Positions 20,229 to 28,488 of a DNA stretch of 64,000 nucleotides are shown piece after piece. This stretch comes from Candidatus Spongiisociaceae bacterium (lineage in GTDB: Bacteria > Actinomycetota > Acidimicrobiia > Spongiisociales > Spongiisociaceae). The stretch spans positions 1,152,001 through 1,216,000 of the forward strand of contig CBDCOH010000002.1 of the NCBI GenBank assembly GCA_965219685.1. The letters are read 5' to 3'. The position numbers and the translations under genes were made by a program. The notes beneath the pieces were generated by a model. The model ran no database searches, was not told the origin of the DNA, and was given only the letters and a program-made list of their open reading frames with translations. The first letter of the stretch is position 1; each line of letters starts with the position of its first letter.

Positions 20229-22844
20229 TCACTCGGCGTCGGGAAAATTGGGATAGGGAATACGCTGGTGGTAGTGACCCACCAGGGCATCCACCATGGC
20301 GGCCTTGGCGCTGGTCAGGTCTCCCAGCGTGAGATGGGACTCCGACAGCTGCCCGTCGCTCACCTTCTCGCTCACCACCCGTTCCACCAGTTGTTCGATC
20401 CGTTCCGGCGAGGGCTCCTCGTTCTGGAACACTGCACGGCATGCGCCCTCGACCGAGTCGGCCATCATGACGATGGCCATCTCCTTGCGGACCGGTTTAC
20501 GACCCGCGTGACGGTAGTCCTCCATGTCCACGACGTCGGGTCCGTAGCGTTCCTTTGCCCGGTTGTAGAAGAAGTGCATGATTCCGTCGCCGTGGTGAGT
20601 GATGACCGACTCCGCAACCTCACCGGGGATGCGGAACTTCCGGGCCAGGGTGATCCCATCCAGCACATGACGGCGGATCACGTCGGCAGAGCGTTCCGGT
20701 GCCAACTGGTCGTGGGGATTCTGGATACCGAACTGGTTCTCGATGAAGAACTGCGGGTTCTCGGTCTTCCCCAGGTCGTGGTAGTAGGCGGCGGCCCGGG
20801 CCAGCAGCGGATTGGCGTCCACCGCCCGCGCGGCCCGGTCGGCGAGGGTTCCCACCATCAGGGAATGGTTGAACGAACCGATCGCCTTCTGCTCCAGTAA
20901 CCGGAGAGCGGGATGGTTGCGGTCGGTCAGGTCGAGCAGTCGCAGGGAGGTGGTGATGTCGAACATGATCTCGAGTACCGACAGCAGCGAGCTCCCTACC
21001 AGCCACGAGATGGCGCCGTTCCCCAGCGCGAACGCCGCCGCCTCGTAGACGGGTAGGTTCTCGTGGAAGAACCAAGCAATCACCGAGGCAAGAGCAGCGG
21101 AGATGATCATGATGTACAGGGCCGCCCGGCGCAGGTCGCGACGCGCCGAGATGGATGAAACGAACGGCACCGGGGCCAGGGTGGACAGGAGCGCGAAGAG
21201 GGTGTAGCCGGGATCGGTTGTGGCAACGGCCGTCATTGAACCGACCGCCACCGCCATCAGCACCGCAGTGCGGGCGTCGAACAGTATCGCCGTCATCAGG
21301 CCGAACGCCGCAGCAGGAACCAGGTATCCGATCGCCGGGTTGGTGTCCACGAAGACCGCCACTCCCCGGGCGGCCAACGCGGAGAGCATGATCAGGAGGC
21401 CCAGCAGGGCGATCCGGCGCATCGAGGCCCACACCGGAGCCTGGAAGCGGTACACGTACAGCATGATCAGGCCGACTATGAACAGGGCGGCGAGAGCGAG
21501 GGCCACACGATGCGGAGTCTTGAGACCGAGCAGTCCTCCGGCCACCAGGGCCCGTTCTATCTGTTCGGTGATCTCCTCGCCCTGCTCGACGATTATGGTG
21601 CCTGCCGGGTACTCGATCTGCTCCGCTTCCACCTGCTCGGCCGCCTCGGCTCTGCTGCCGGCCATCGCTACGTCGTCGAGGGATTTGTTGGCAGCCAGGA
21701 ACTCTGCGGCGACTTCGTAGACCACCGGCGCCACGGCCTCCCATGCGGCCGAGTCGACATCGGGGATTGGAATCAGGATCGTCCGGGATCGGATGCCTCT
21801 CTTAACCTCGAGAAGGTCCTCGCTGAGAATGCCTGCGTCGAGTGTCTCGGTAGCCAGGCGGACGACATCCTGCTCGATCGACGGAAGCCAGGCCGCCTGT
21901 CCGAGTATCTCCCGCACCACGTCGCCGGTGGCGATCCTGACCAGCAACTGGATAGTGGTGTCCGAGAGCGAGTACCCGGCTCCGCGCAGGTTGGCGACCT
22001 GGATGTCCTGCGAGACGACCACCGGCTCCATCCGGAGCGCCTCGAGTTCCAGTTCTCGCTCGCCGACCAGGACGACCTCTCGCAGGAGGAGGTCCTCGTG
22101 AGCGGTGAGTCGCTGGGGTACCGACTCGGTATCCACGAGGATCGTGGCCGGTCCCGCAGCCATGCCGGTGAACGAGAAACGGCCGCTGTCCAGCGTCCGG
22201 TCCACGAACTGCATACCCGTCGAGTCGTAAGCCACCAATCGGATGTCACCGAGCCCCTGATCCCTTGGAACGAGAACACCGTCTCCGCCGGTTCTGATCA
22301 GCACCTGGCCGGTTACACCCGAGGTTCGCGGGACCTCGGGGACGGTCGTAGGCGGTACCGTGGTCGGCGGCGTGGTGGTCGTCGCGGCGGGCTCCTGGCT
22401 CTCCACGAATCCGGGCACCGTGGTCGTGAGTTCTGCAGGTATCGAGGTTGTGGTGGTCGGAGGGGTCGTGGCGGTGGATGTACTCGTGGTGGAAGGCGGG
22501 ATCGTGCTGCTGGTGGTGACGACCGGGAGTGGCACGGCTCGCTGGTCGACGGTGGCGGTCCTCACGGACGCGAAGAACCCGAGGATGTTCTCCACCACCA
22601 GCGCGTCGATCGCGTCGTCGGTCTTGTACTCGGAAGCTACCGCCGCCATCGCCTCCTGACGTTTCTGTTCGGTCGCCTCGGCATCCTCGACGCGGAATGG
22701 GGTCTCGGCGATGAACGTCTCGGGGGAAGGCTCGCCGACAGTCACGTCCACCGATTGCTGCAAGATCAGGAGGGCAGCCCAAGAGAGGGCGACCGTGGCC
22801 AGGAGGATCACTCCCCTGATCAAGATCCGGACTTTGGGGCTCAT
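20229..22844 (-). CDS. 7TM-HDIG membrane HD phosphohydrolase (PgpH-like putative c-di-AMP phosphodiesterase)
   Basis: Extracellular domain, about 7 TM helices, then FNHSLMVG, AYYHDLGK, FIENQ, HHG, MMADSVEGA; lies between phoH and ybeY. Confidence 0.88.
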   Translation of the reverse strand: MSPKVRILIRGVILLATVALSWAALLILQQSVDVTVGEPSPETFIAETPFRVEDAEATEQKRQEAMAAVASEYKTDDAIDALVVENILGFFASVRTATVDQRAVPLPVVTTSSTIPPSTTSTSTATTPPTTTTSIPAELTTTVPGFVESQEPAATTTTPPTTVPPTTVPEVPRTSGVTGQVLIRTGGDGVLVPRDQGLGDIRLVAYDSTGMQFVDRTLDSGRFSFTGMAAGPATILVDTESVPQRLTAHEDLLLREVVLVGERELELEALRMEPVVVSQDIQVANLRGAGYSLSDTTIQLLVRIATGDVVREILGQAAWLPSIEQDVVRLATETLDAGILSEDLLEVKRGIRSRTILIPIPDVDSAAWEAVAPVVYEVAAEFLAANKSLDDVAMAGSRAEAAEQVEAEQIEYPAGTIIVEQGEEITEQIERALVAGGLLGLKTPHRVALALAALFIVGLIMLYVYRFQAPVWASMRRIALLGLLIMLSALAARGVAVFVDTNPAIGYLVPAAAFGLMTAILFDARTAVLMAVAVGSMTAVATTDPGYTLFALLSTLAPVPFVSSISARRDLRRAALYIMIISAALASVIAWFFHENLPVYEAAAFALGNGAISWLVGSSLLSVLEIMFDITTSLRLLDLTDRNHPALRLLEQKAIGSFNHSLMVGTLADRAARAVDANPLLARAAAYYHDLGKTENPQFFIENQFGIQNPHDQLAPERSADVIRRHVLDGITLARKFRIPGEVAESVITHHGDGIMHFFYNRAKERYGPDVVDMEDYRHAGRKPVRKEMAIVMMADSVEGACRAVFQNEEPSPERIEQLVERVVSEKVSDGQLSESHLTLGDLTSAKAAMVDALVGHYHQRIPYPNFPDAE

Positions 22845-23818
22845 CGCCTCTCCCGCGCCGCCCCGGCTGCTTCGTAGGCCTGGACTATGGCGGCGACTAT
22901 TCGATGACGGATCACGTCGGCGGCCGTCAGGTGGACGACCGCCACGTCTCGAACGTTACGAAGTATGGACTCCGCGTGCCTCAGGCCGGAGTGGCGCTCC
23001 CTCGGCAGGTCCACCTGGGTGACGTCGCCGGTGATGATCATCTTCGAGTTGAACCCGAGCCTGGTCAGGAACATCTTCATCTGTGCACGCGAGGTGTTCT
23101 GGGCCTCGTCAAGCACCACGACCGCGTCGTTTAGCGTCCGTCCCCGCATGTAGGCGAGGGGTGCTATCTCGATGGCTCCCTTCTCACTGTAGGCCGCTAC
23201 GTCGTCGGATCCCAGCATCTCGTAGAGAGCGTCGTAGAGAGGGCGCAGATACGGGTTGAACTTGGCTTCGAGGTCGCCCGGGAGGAATCCGAGCCGTTCG
23301 CCGGCCTCCACGGCCGGCCTCGTGAGGACGATCCTCCTCACCTTGCCCGTGGTGAGAGCCTCCACCGCTGCTGCCATGGCCAGGTAGGTCTTCCCGGTAC
23401 CGGCCGGACCGATGCCGAACACCAGGGTGTGATCGCGGATGGCTTCGACGTAGCGGAGTTGGCCGACAGTCTTCGGGCGGATGACCTTGCCACGCCCGAC
23501 CTGGATCGCCGTCCCCAGAACCCCGCTCGGTGAGGGAACCGATGCGTTGACCATCTCGATCACCCGGTCCACAGCCTGCGGTTCGAGACTGACTCCTTGC
23601 TGGATCAGCATCAGCAGCTCTTCGACCGCCTTGTAGGCGTTGGCGGCAGACCGCTCCTCGCCACCGAAAGTGATCTCGTCGCCGCGCGCCACGATGACAG
23701 CCTCCGGGTAGGCGGACTCCACCTTCCTCAAGTGACGGTCACGTTCCCCGAGCAGGTCGAGCATCAGTCCGGTACCGGGAACGTGCAGGAGGAGACGCGA
23801 GGCGACGGGACCCATCAT
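22841..23818 (-). CDS. phoH: PhoH-family ATPase
   Basis: GIGPAGTGKTYLA, LTRPAVEAGERLGFLPG, YMRGRTL, DEAQN, GDVTQVDL; ATG at 23818. Confidence 0.94.
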   Translation of the reverse strand: MMGPVASRLLLHVPGTGLMLDLLGERDRHLRKVESAYPEAVIVARGDEITFGGEERSAANAYKAVEELLMLIQQGVSLEPQAVDRVIEMVNASVPSPSGVLGTAIQVGRGKVIRPKTVGQLRYVEAIRDHTLVFGIGPAGTGKTYLAMAAAVEALTTGKVRRIVLTRPAVEAGERLGFLPGDLEAKFNPYLRPLYDALYEMLGSDDVAAYSEKGAIEIAPLAYMRGRTLNDAVVVLDEAQNTSRAQMKMFLTRLGFNSKMIITGDVTQVDLPRERHSGLRHAESILRNVRDVAVVHLTAADVIRHRIVAAIVQAYEAAGAARERR

Positions 23819-24018
23819 TGACCCATGATGGACGTGCAGAGCCTCGAGTCGATCGCGGTTGGCGAGACGGTCAACGGTGATCCCTGGACCCCGGGCGAGC
23901 GCCGCCACCGGACCCGTGTGGCCGAAAGCACGCCAAAAACGATTAGGGCCGGCATGATCGCCTCCCCGCCGGCCGTCGATCGGGCGACCGCTCCAGGGTG
24001 TTCGCCCACCCGTTTCAT
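23815..24018 (-). CDS. Small hypothetical ORF (67 aa) coupled to dnaJ and phoH
   Basis: ATGA overlaps with the dnaJ stop (24015-24018) and the phoH start (23815-23818); no recognisable family. Confidence 0.35.
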   Translation of the reverse strand: MKRVGEHPGAVARSTAGGEAIMPALIVFGVLSATRVRWRRSPGVQGSPLTVSPTAIDSRLCTSIMGQ

Positions 24019-25088
24019 AGTACGTTCTCACCTCGAGCTTCCGCGTACCGGCGTAGGATCTTCCGCTCCGCCCGGCTCAGTCTGGTCGGTACTTCGATCC
24101 CGACCATGACGAGCAGATCGCCGCGGCCCCGCCGCCTGAGGCGTCCGCTCCCCCTGTTCCTCACTCTGATCACCTGCCCGTGCTGGGTACCCGCGGGGAC
24201 CTTCACGCGCTCGGAGCCGCCCTCCAACAGCGGTACGTCAGCCGCCGTTCCCAGGGCGGCCGCCGCGATACCGAGCGGCAGTTCGTACATCAGGTCGTCA
24301 CCGTGCCGGGTGAAGGTCGGGTGTGGTTGCACAGCGAGTTCGATGTACAGGTCCCCGGACGGGCTCCCCCGCCTACCGGCTTCACCGTCGCCGATCTTCC
24401 GGAGGCGGCTGTCGCCGGTGACCCCAGCCGGAATCTCGACGGTGACCGTTTTCTCACCTTCGGTGACGCCTTCCCCCCGGCAGTCGCCACACGGGTCGGC
24501 AATGACCGATCCGGCGCCGCGGCAGGCGCTGCATGTGGTCACGGTCATCAGGGATCCGAACGCGCTCCTCCGGGCCATCCTGACCTGGCCTGTCCCTGCG
24601 CAGATATTGCAGACACGGGTTCCCGAGCCCGACCGCGCGCCCGAGCCGGAGCATGTCTCGCATGCGACCGCCGCCCGGAATCTCACCGTTCTTTCCGCTC
24701 CGAACACCGCTTCCTTCAGATCGACGGAGAGCTGTACCCGGATGTCGTGACCGCGTCCGTTAGCCGGATCCCTCGCGCCTCCGCCGAACATTCCGGCGCC
24801 GAACAGGCCGCTGTCTCCGAACACCGAGCTGAGTAGGTCATCGAACGACCCGGCGCCATGGAACAACCCGCTCAGGTCGAGGTCATCGCCGCGATCGTAA
24901 CGGGCGCGCTTCTCCGGGTCCGAGAGCACCTCGTACGCCTCTGCGACCTGGCGGAACCGCGCCTCCGCACCAGGGTCATCGGGATTGGCGTCGGGATGCG
25001 TGGCGCGTGCCAGGCGCCGGAACGCCCTCTTTATCTCTCCGGGCGTAGCCTCCCTGTCGACCCCTAGGACTTCGTAATGGTCTGCCAC
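24015..25088 (-). CDS. dnaJ: Chaperone DnaJ
   Basis: J-domain HPD, four CxxCxGxG repeats, C-terminal GDLY domain. Confidence 0.96.
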   Translation of the reverse strand: MADHYEVLGVDREATPGEIKRAFRRLARATHPDANPDDPGAEARFRQVAEAYEVLSDPEKRARYDRGDDLDLSGLFHGAGSFDDLLSSVFGDSGLFGAGMFGGGARDPANGRGHDIRVQLSVDLKEAVFGAERTVRFRAAVACETCSGSGARSGSGTRVCNICAGTGQVRMARRSAFGSLMTVTTCSACRGAGSVIADPCGDCRGEGVTEGEKTVTVEIPAGVTGDSRLRKIGDGEAGRRGSPSGDLYIELAVQPHPTFTRHGDDLMYELPLGIAAAALGTAADVPLLEGGSERVKVPAGTQHGQVIRVRNRGSGRLRRRGRGDLLVMVGIEVPTRLSRAERKILRRYAEARGENVL

Positions 25089-25188
25089 GGTCAGGCGACG
25101 CCGCGCATTCCCGCCCGGCCGCTTCTCCGGACGTGATCCCTTGCCTTGTCAGCAAGGTTACGGATGGGTCGGCGAGGCAGGGAGGTGA

Positions 25189-26202
25189 TCACGCCTCGGT
25201 GCTCCCGAGGCTCTCCCCCAAGCCTCCGCTGATCTCCTCCACGACTGAGATCGTCCGTCCGTAGTCCATCCTCATCGGGCCCAGAACGCCGATCCGGCCC
25301 TGCGGCGCACCCTGGTCGCCACCGTAGCTACTCGAGACCAGCGAGATGTCGGTAGTCGAGTCGATCCCCAGTTCTCGTCCGATGCGCACCTCGGTACCCT
25401 CCGGAAGGTGCGCCATCACCTCGAACAGAGCGGCCTCGCGTTCGAGTACCTCGAGAACGCCGCGTACCTTCGAGATCTCCCCCCACGCATCGGTCAGGTA
25501 GCTGGCAGGTCCGACATACAGTTCACGATCGGTCGAACCCGCCCTACCGATAGCCTCGGTGGCCTTCCAGATGATCGCCTCCGCGCCGCTACCGATCTCA
25601 CCGGCTGTAACCTGGTCCCGACCGAGCCCTCGGGGCATGCTCTGGCCGATGTGGTGGCGCCGTAGGAAGAGTTCGGCATCCTCGACCTCCGCCGGGCCGA
25701 CGGGGTTGGGGAAGTCGAGCAGGGACTTCGAGACCCTTCCACCCTGGGTTACAACCACCATGACCACTGCGTCCGCCCTAATCTGGACCAGGTGGATGGC
25801 GCGGACGGTCTCCTGCGAGAGGCCGGGACCGGTGACCACGGAGGGGTAGTGGGTGATCTCGCTGAGGAGTGAAGAAGTCGCCTTGAGCAGCCGGCCCAAC
25901 TCGTTGTGGACCGATGCGAAGAACTCGGACACGCGGGCCGAGGCGTTGGGGAACCGGCTCGGCCGGATCAACTGGTCGACGTAGTACCGGTAGGCGTGTG
26001 CGGTCGGAATCCGGCCGGCGGACGTGTGCGGTTGCACGGCATAACCTTCAGCTTCGAGGATGGCAAGCTCGTTTCGCACGGTTGCGGCCGACACCCCGAG
26101 GTGACCATATTGAAGGATGGCGCGAGAACTTACCGGTTCACCGGTCCGCACGTGTTCCTCGACCAAGATTCGGAGGATCCTGGATTTTCGATCGTCCAGC
26201 AC
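25189..26202 (-). CDS. hrcA: Heat-inducible transcription repressor HrcA
   Basis: GEPVSS, VSAATVRNEL, QPHTSAGRIPT, GVLGPMRMDY; GTG at 26202. Confidence 0.96.
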   Translation of the reverse strand: MLDDRKSRILRILVEEHVRTGEPVSSRAILQYGHLGVSAATVRNELAILEAEGYAVQPHTSAGRIPTAHAYRYYVDQLIRPSRFPNASARVSEFFASVHNELGRLLKATSSLLSEITHYPSVVTGPGLSQETVRAIHLVQIRADAVVMVVVTQGGRVSKSLLDFPNPVGPAEVEDAELFLRRHHIGQSMPRGLGRDQVTAGEIGSGAEAIIWKATEAIGRAGSTDRELYVGPASYLTDAWGEISKVRGVLEVLEREAALFEVMAHLPEGTEVRIGRELGIDSTTDISLVSSSYGGDQGAPQGRIGVLGPMRMDYGRTISVVEEISGGLGESLGSTEA

Positions 26203-26369
26203 GGGGCCATCATATATGGATGGGGAGCGTTGACGCCCGTCGGTTGCCGATCGAGGCCTGCGTTGGAGTCGCCTCTCCGGCCTGTTAGCCTTGAGCGGCT
26301 CCCGGACGGGTTTTCGGGGGTTTTCGTAGCCGGCGCCAGTTCGGGTCGGCCTTATCCCGGGTTCACAGG

Positions 26370-26645
26370 ATGGCACACAACAAATCACAAGAGAAGCGCA
26401 ACCGTCAGACGGTCGTCCGGACCGCTCGTAACAGGTCCTTGCGGTCGGAGCTGAAGACCCGTGCCAGGAGCGCTGTGTCCGCGGCCCGGCAGGGTGATGA
26501 GACCGCGGCCGCCGAGGCCCTGCGGATGGCACAGAAGCGCATCGACCAAGCCGCCGCCAAGGGTGTGCTGAAGAAGAACACCGCAGCCCGTCGGAAGCGC
26601 AAGCTGGTCCGGCGGGTCAGCGAGGCATCACAGAACTCGATCTAG
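26370..26645 (+). CDS. rpsT: 30S ribosomal protein S20
   Basis: MAHNKSQEKRNRQ...IDQAAAKGVLKKNTAARRK. Confidence 0.96.
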   Translation: MAHNKSQEKRNRQTVVRTARNRSLRSELKTRARSAVSAARQGDETAAAEALRMAQKRIDQAAAKGVLKKNTAARRKRKLVRRVSEASQNSI

Positions 26646-26683
26646 GTGTTTGGTACTTGGTGCTGGGTGATCGATGACCTCGG

Positions 26684-27673
26684 TCAGCTACGGTACCAGT
26701 AGCAGAGGGAGACCGTAAGCCGTTCCATCGTCACCAGGTGGGTCTCCTCGGGAAGTGTCTTCAGGGTGGCGTCCGCTCGGCGAACCGCATCCAGCGCCCT
26801 GCTCAGGTTGTCGCCGCTCACGCTATTCCCCGCCCGCCAGATCTTGCGGGTCGGGAAGGCGTCCGGTTTCGATCCGATCCACTTCGCCAACGTTTCGATG
26901 TCAGGCGCGGCCGAGGCTAGTGACCTCCTGCGCAGGTCGTTCTCGATGGCCGCGAGCAGGAACAGGGGATGGATGTGGGTGAGCAGGTCGTGCAGCCTGC
27001 GCAGTGCCTCGTCCACCCGGCCGCCGGCGAGCGCATCGGTGAAGTGCCAGACGGGCTCTTCCGGACGGTTGCGGAAGCGATCGCGGATCAACTCAGCAGT
27101 GATCGGCTCCACGGACATCACCAGTTGTTCCAGAGCCTGGTCCAATGCCTCTATGTCGGACCCGAACCGTTCCACCAGTGCCTCAGCGGCCTTCCCCGGC
27201 AGCCGAAGCTTCCGCTTCCGGGCTGCGCGGCGGATCCAGTCCAGGGCGTCACGCTCCCGGAGCTTCCGTATCGACACCGACTGGCCGTTGTTCTTGATGT
27301 ATGCGCCGAGCGGCGCAGGCAACCTCGCGGTCGAAACGAATACGACTTGGAGACCGGCGGCGTGCGGCTGGGAGAGCAGGTCTGCGACGGCCGTGGCCTC
27401 CGAAGCCCGGAGAAGGTGGGCGTCCTGCACCATCACGCCGGTCCGACCGCCGAACAGGGAACCGGATTGCAGGGCAGGAACGACCGGTTCCACCTCCGGC
27501 CTGATGGTCGCATCCCCCGATTCCGACTGACCCCGGCCGGGCACATGGATCCTGACGATGTCGCCCGGCGCGATCCCGGCCGAGGCGAAGACCTCGGCGG
27601 CCCGGTCCAGCATGTGTTTGCGCTCCCCCGGCCCCGGTTCTCTCGGTCCGCTGATGTGAACGAGGCTCTTCAG
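26684..27673 (-). CDS. holA: DNA polymerase III subunit delta
   Basis: SGSLFGG, AEALVERFGSD..ALEQL, VWHFTDAL; comEC-holA-rpsT synteny; start uncertain (CTG 27673 or ATG 27613). Confidence 0.85.
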   Translation of the reverse strand: MKSLVHISGPREPGPGERKHMLDRAAEVFASAGIAPGDIVRIHVPGRGQSESGDATIRPEVEPVVPALQSGSLFGGRTGVMVQDAHLLRASEATAVADLLSQPHAAGLQVVFVSTARLPAPLGAYIKNNGQSVSIRKLRERDALDWIRRAARKRKLRLPGKAAEALVERFGSDIEALDQALEQLVMSVEPITAELIRDRFRNRPEEPVWHFTDALAGGRVDEALRRLHDLLTHIHPLFLLAAIENDLRRRSLASAAPDIETLAKWIGSKPDAFPTRKIWRAGNSVSGDNLSRALDAVRRADATLKTLPEETHLVTMERLTVSLCYWYRS

Positions 27674-28377
27674 AGGTTCCAGCCTCCCCCTACCTGGATG
27701 AACGACCCGCTGATGTAGTCGGTCTGCTCGCCGAGCAGGAACCTCACCGCGGCTGAGACGTCCTCGAACCTCCCGTGCCTGCGCGCCGGGATCCGGGCGA
27801 CTCCGGGTAACGGGTCGGAGTTCTCGAGAGCCCCCGGGAGGACGGCATTGACCGTTATGCCGTACGGTGCCTCGGTCACCGCCATCGTCTTGGTGACGAT
27901 CAGAACCCCGGTCTTGCCGACGTAGTACGGAAGGCTGCGCGGCCGGGCCGAGAGCCGATCGGCTCCCGAGTCGGAAATGTTGATGATCCTGCCCCCGCCG
28001 TCTCGCAGCATCGGGAGCATGGCCCTCGTCACGTAGTAGGTGGCCGAGACGGTGGATGCTATCTGGGCATCCCACTCCTGCACGGTGAGATCGTCCAGGT
28101 GCTTGAGGATGAACTGCCCGACGTTGTTGACCAGAGCGTCGAGGTGCCCGACCTCGGTCCGGATCACGTCGGCCATGGCCTCCACCTCCGCCGGTGCGGT
28201 CACGTCGGCGCTTACGCAGTGGGCACGGCCACCCCCCTCGCGGATGGCTGCCACCGCGGATCGGGCGGCGTTGCGGCTCGATCTGTAGTGGACGATCACT
28301 TCGTGACCTTCGAGACCGAGATCCACGGCGAGGTGGCGGCCCAGACCCCGGGCAGACCCGGTTATGAGAATCTTCAT
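27670..28377 (-). CDS. SDR-family oxidoreductase
   Basis: ITGSARGLG, LVNNVG, YYVGK, ITVNAVLPG. Confidence 0.92.
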   Translation of the reverse strand: MKILITGSARGLGRHLAVDLGLEGHEVIVHYRSSRNAARSAVAAIREGGGRAHCVSADVTAPAEVEAMADVIRTEVGHLDALVNNVGQFILKHLDDLTVQEWDAQIASTVSATYYVTRAMLPMLRDGGGRIINISDSGADRLSARPRSLPYYVGKTGVLIVTKTMAVTEAPYGITVNAVLPGALENSDPLPGVARIPARRHGRFEDVSAAVRFLLGEQTDYISGSFIQVGGGWNL

Positions 28378-28383
28378 GGGAGT

Positions 28384-28418
28384 CCGTGGCCCGTGGCCCG
28401 TCGCCCGTGGTCTGTGGA
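28384..28418. repeat. Degenerate heptamer repeat (CCGTGGC)x~5
   Basis: ccgtggc ccgtggc ccgtcgc ccgtggt ctgtgga. Confidence 0.7.
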
Positions 28419-28488
28419 CGGTTGCGAGGCCCTCATGGACATCGATCCACGCGCTGATGGTTCGTGGTTCTTGTGGTCGCCGGACCTT

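Noticed and set aside
25089-26369. CIRCE operator near hrcA/dnaJ
   Set aside because: No TTAGCACTC-N9-GAGTGCTAA-like site seen; only a short CCTTGC/GCAAGG inverted repeat near 25139-25158
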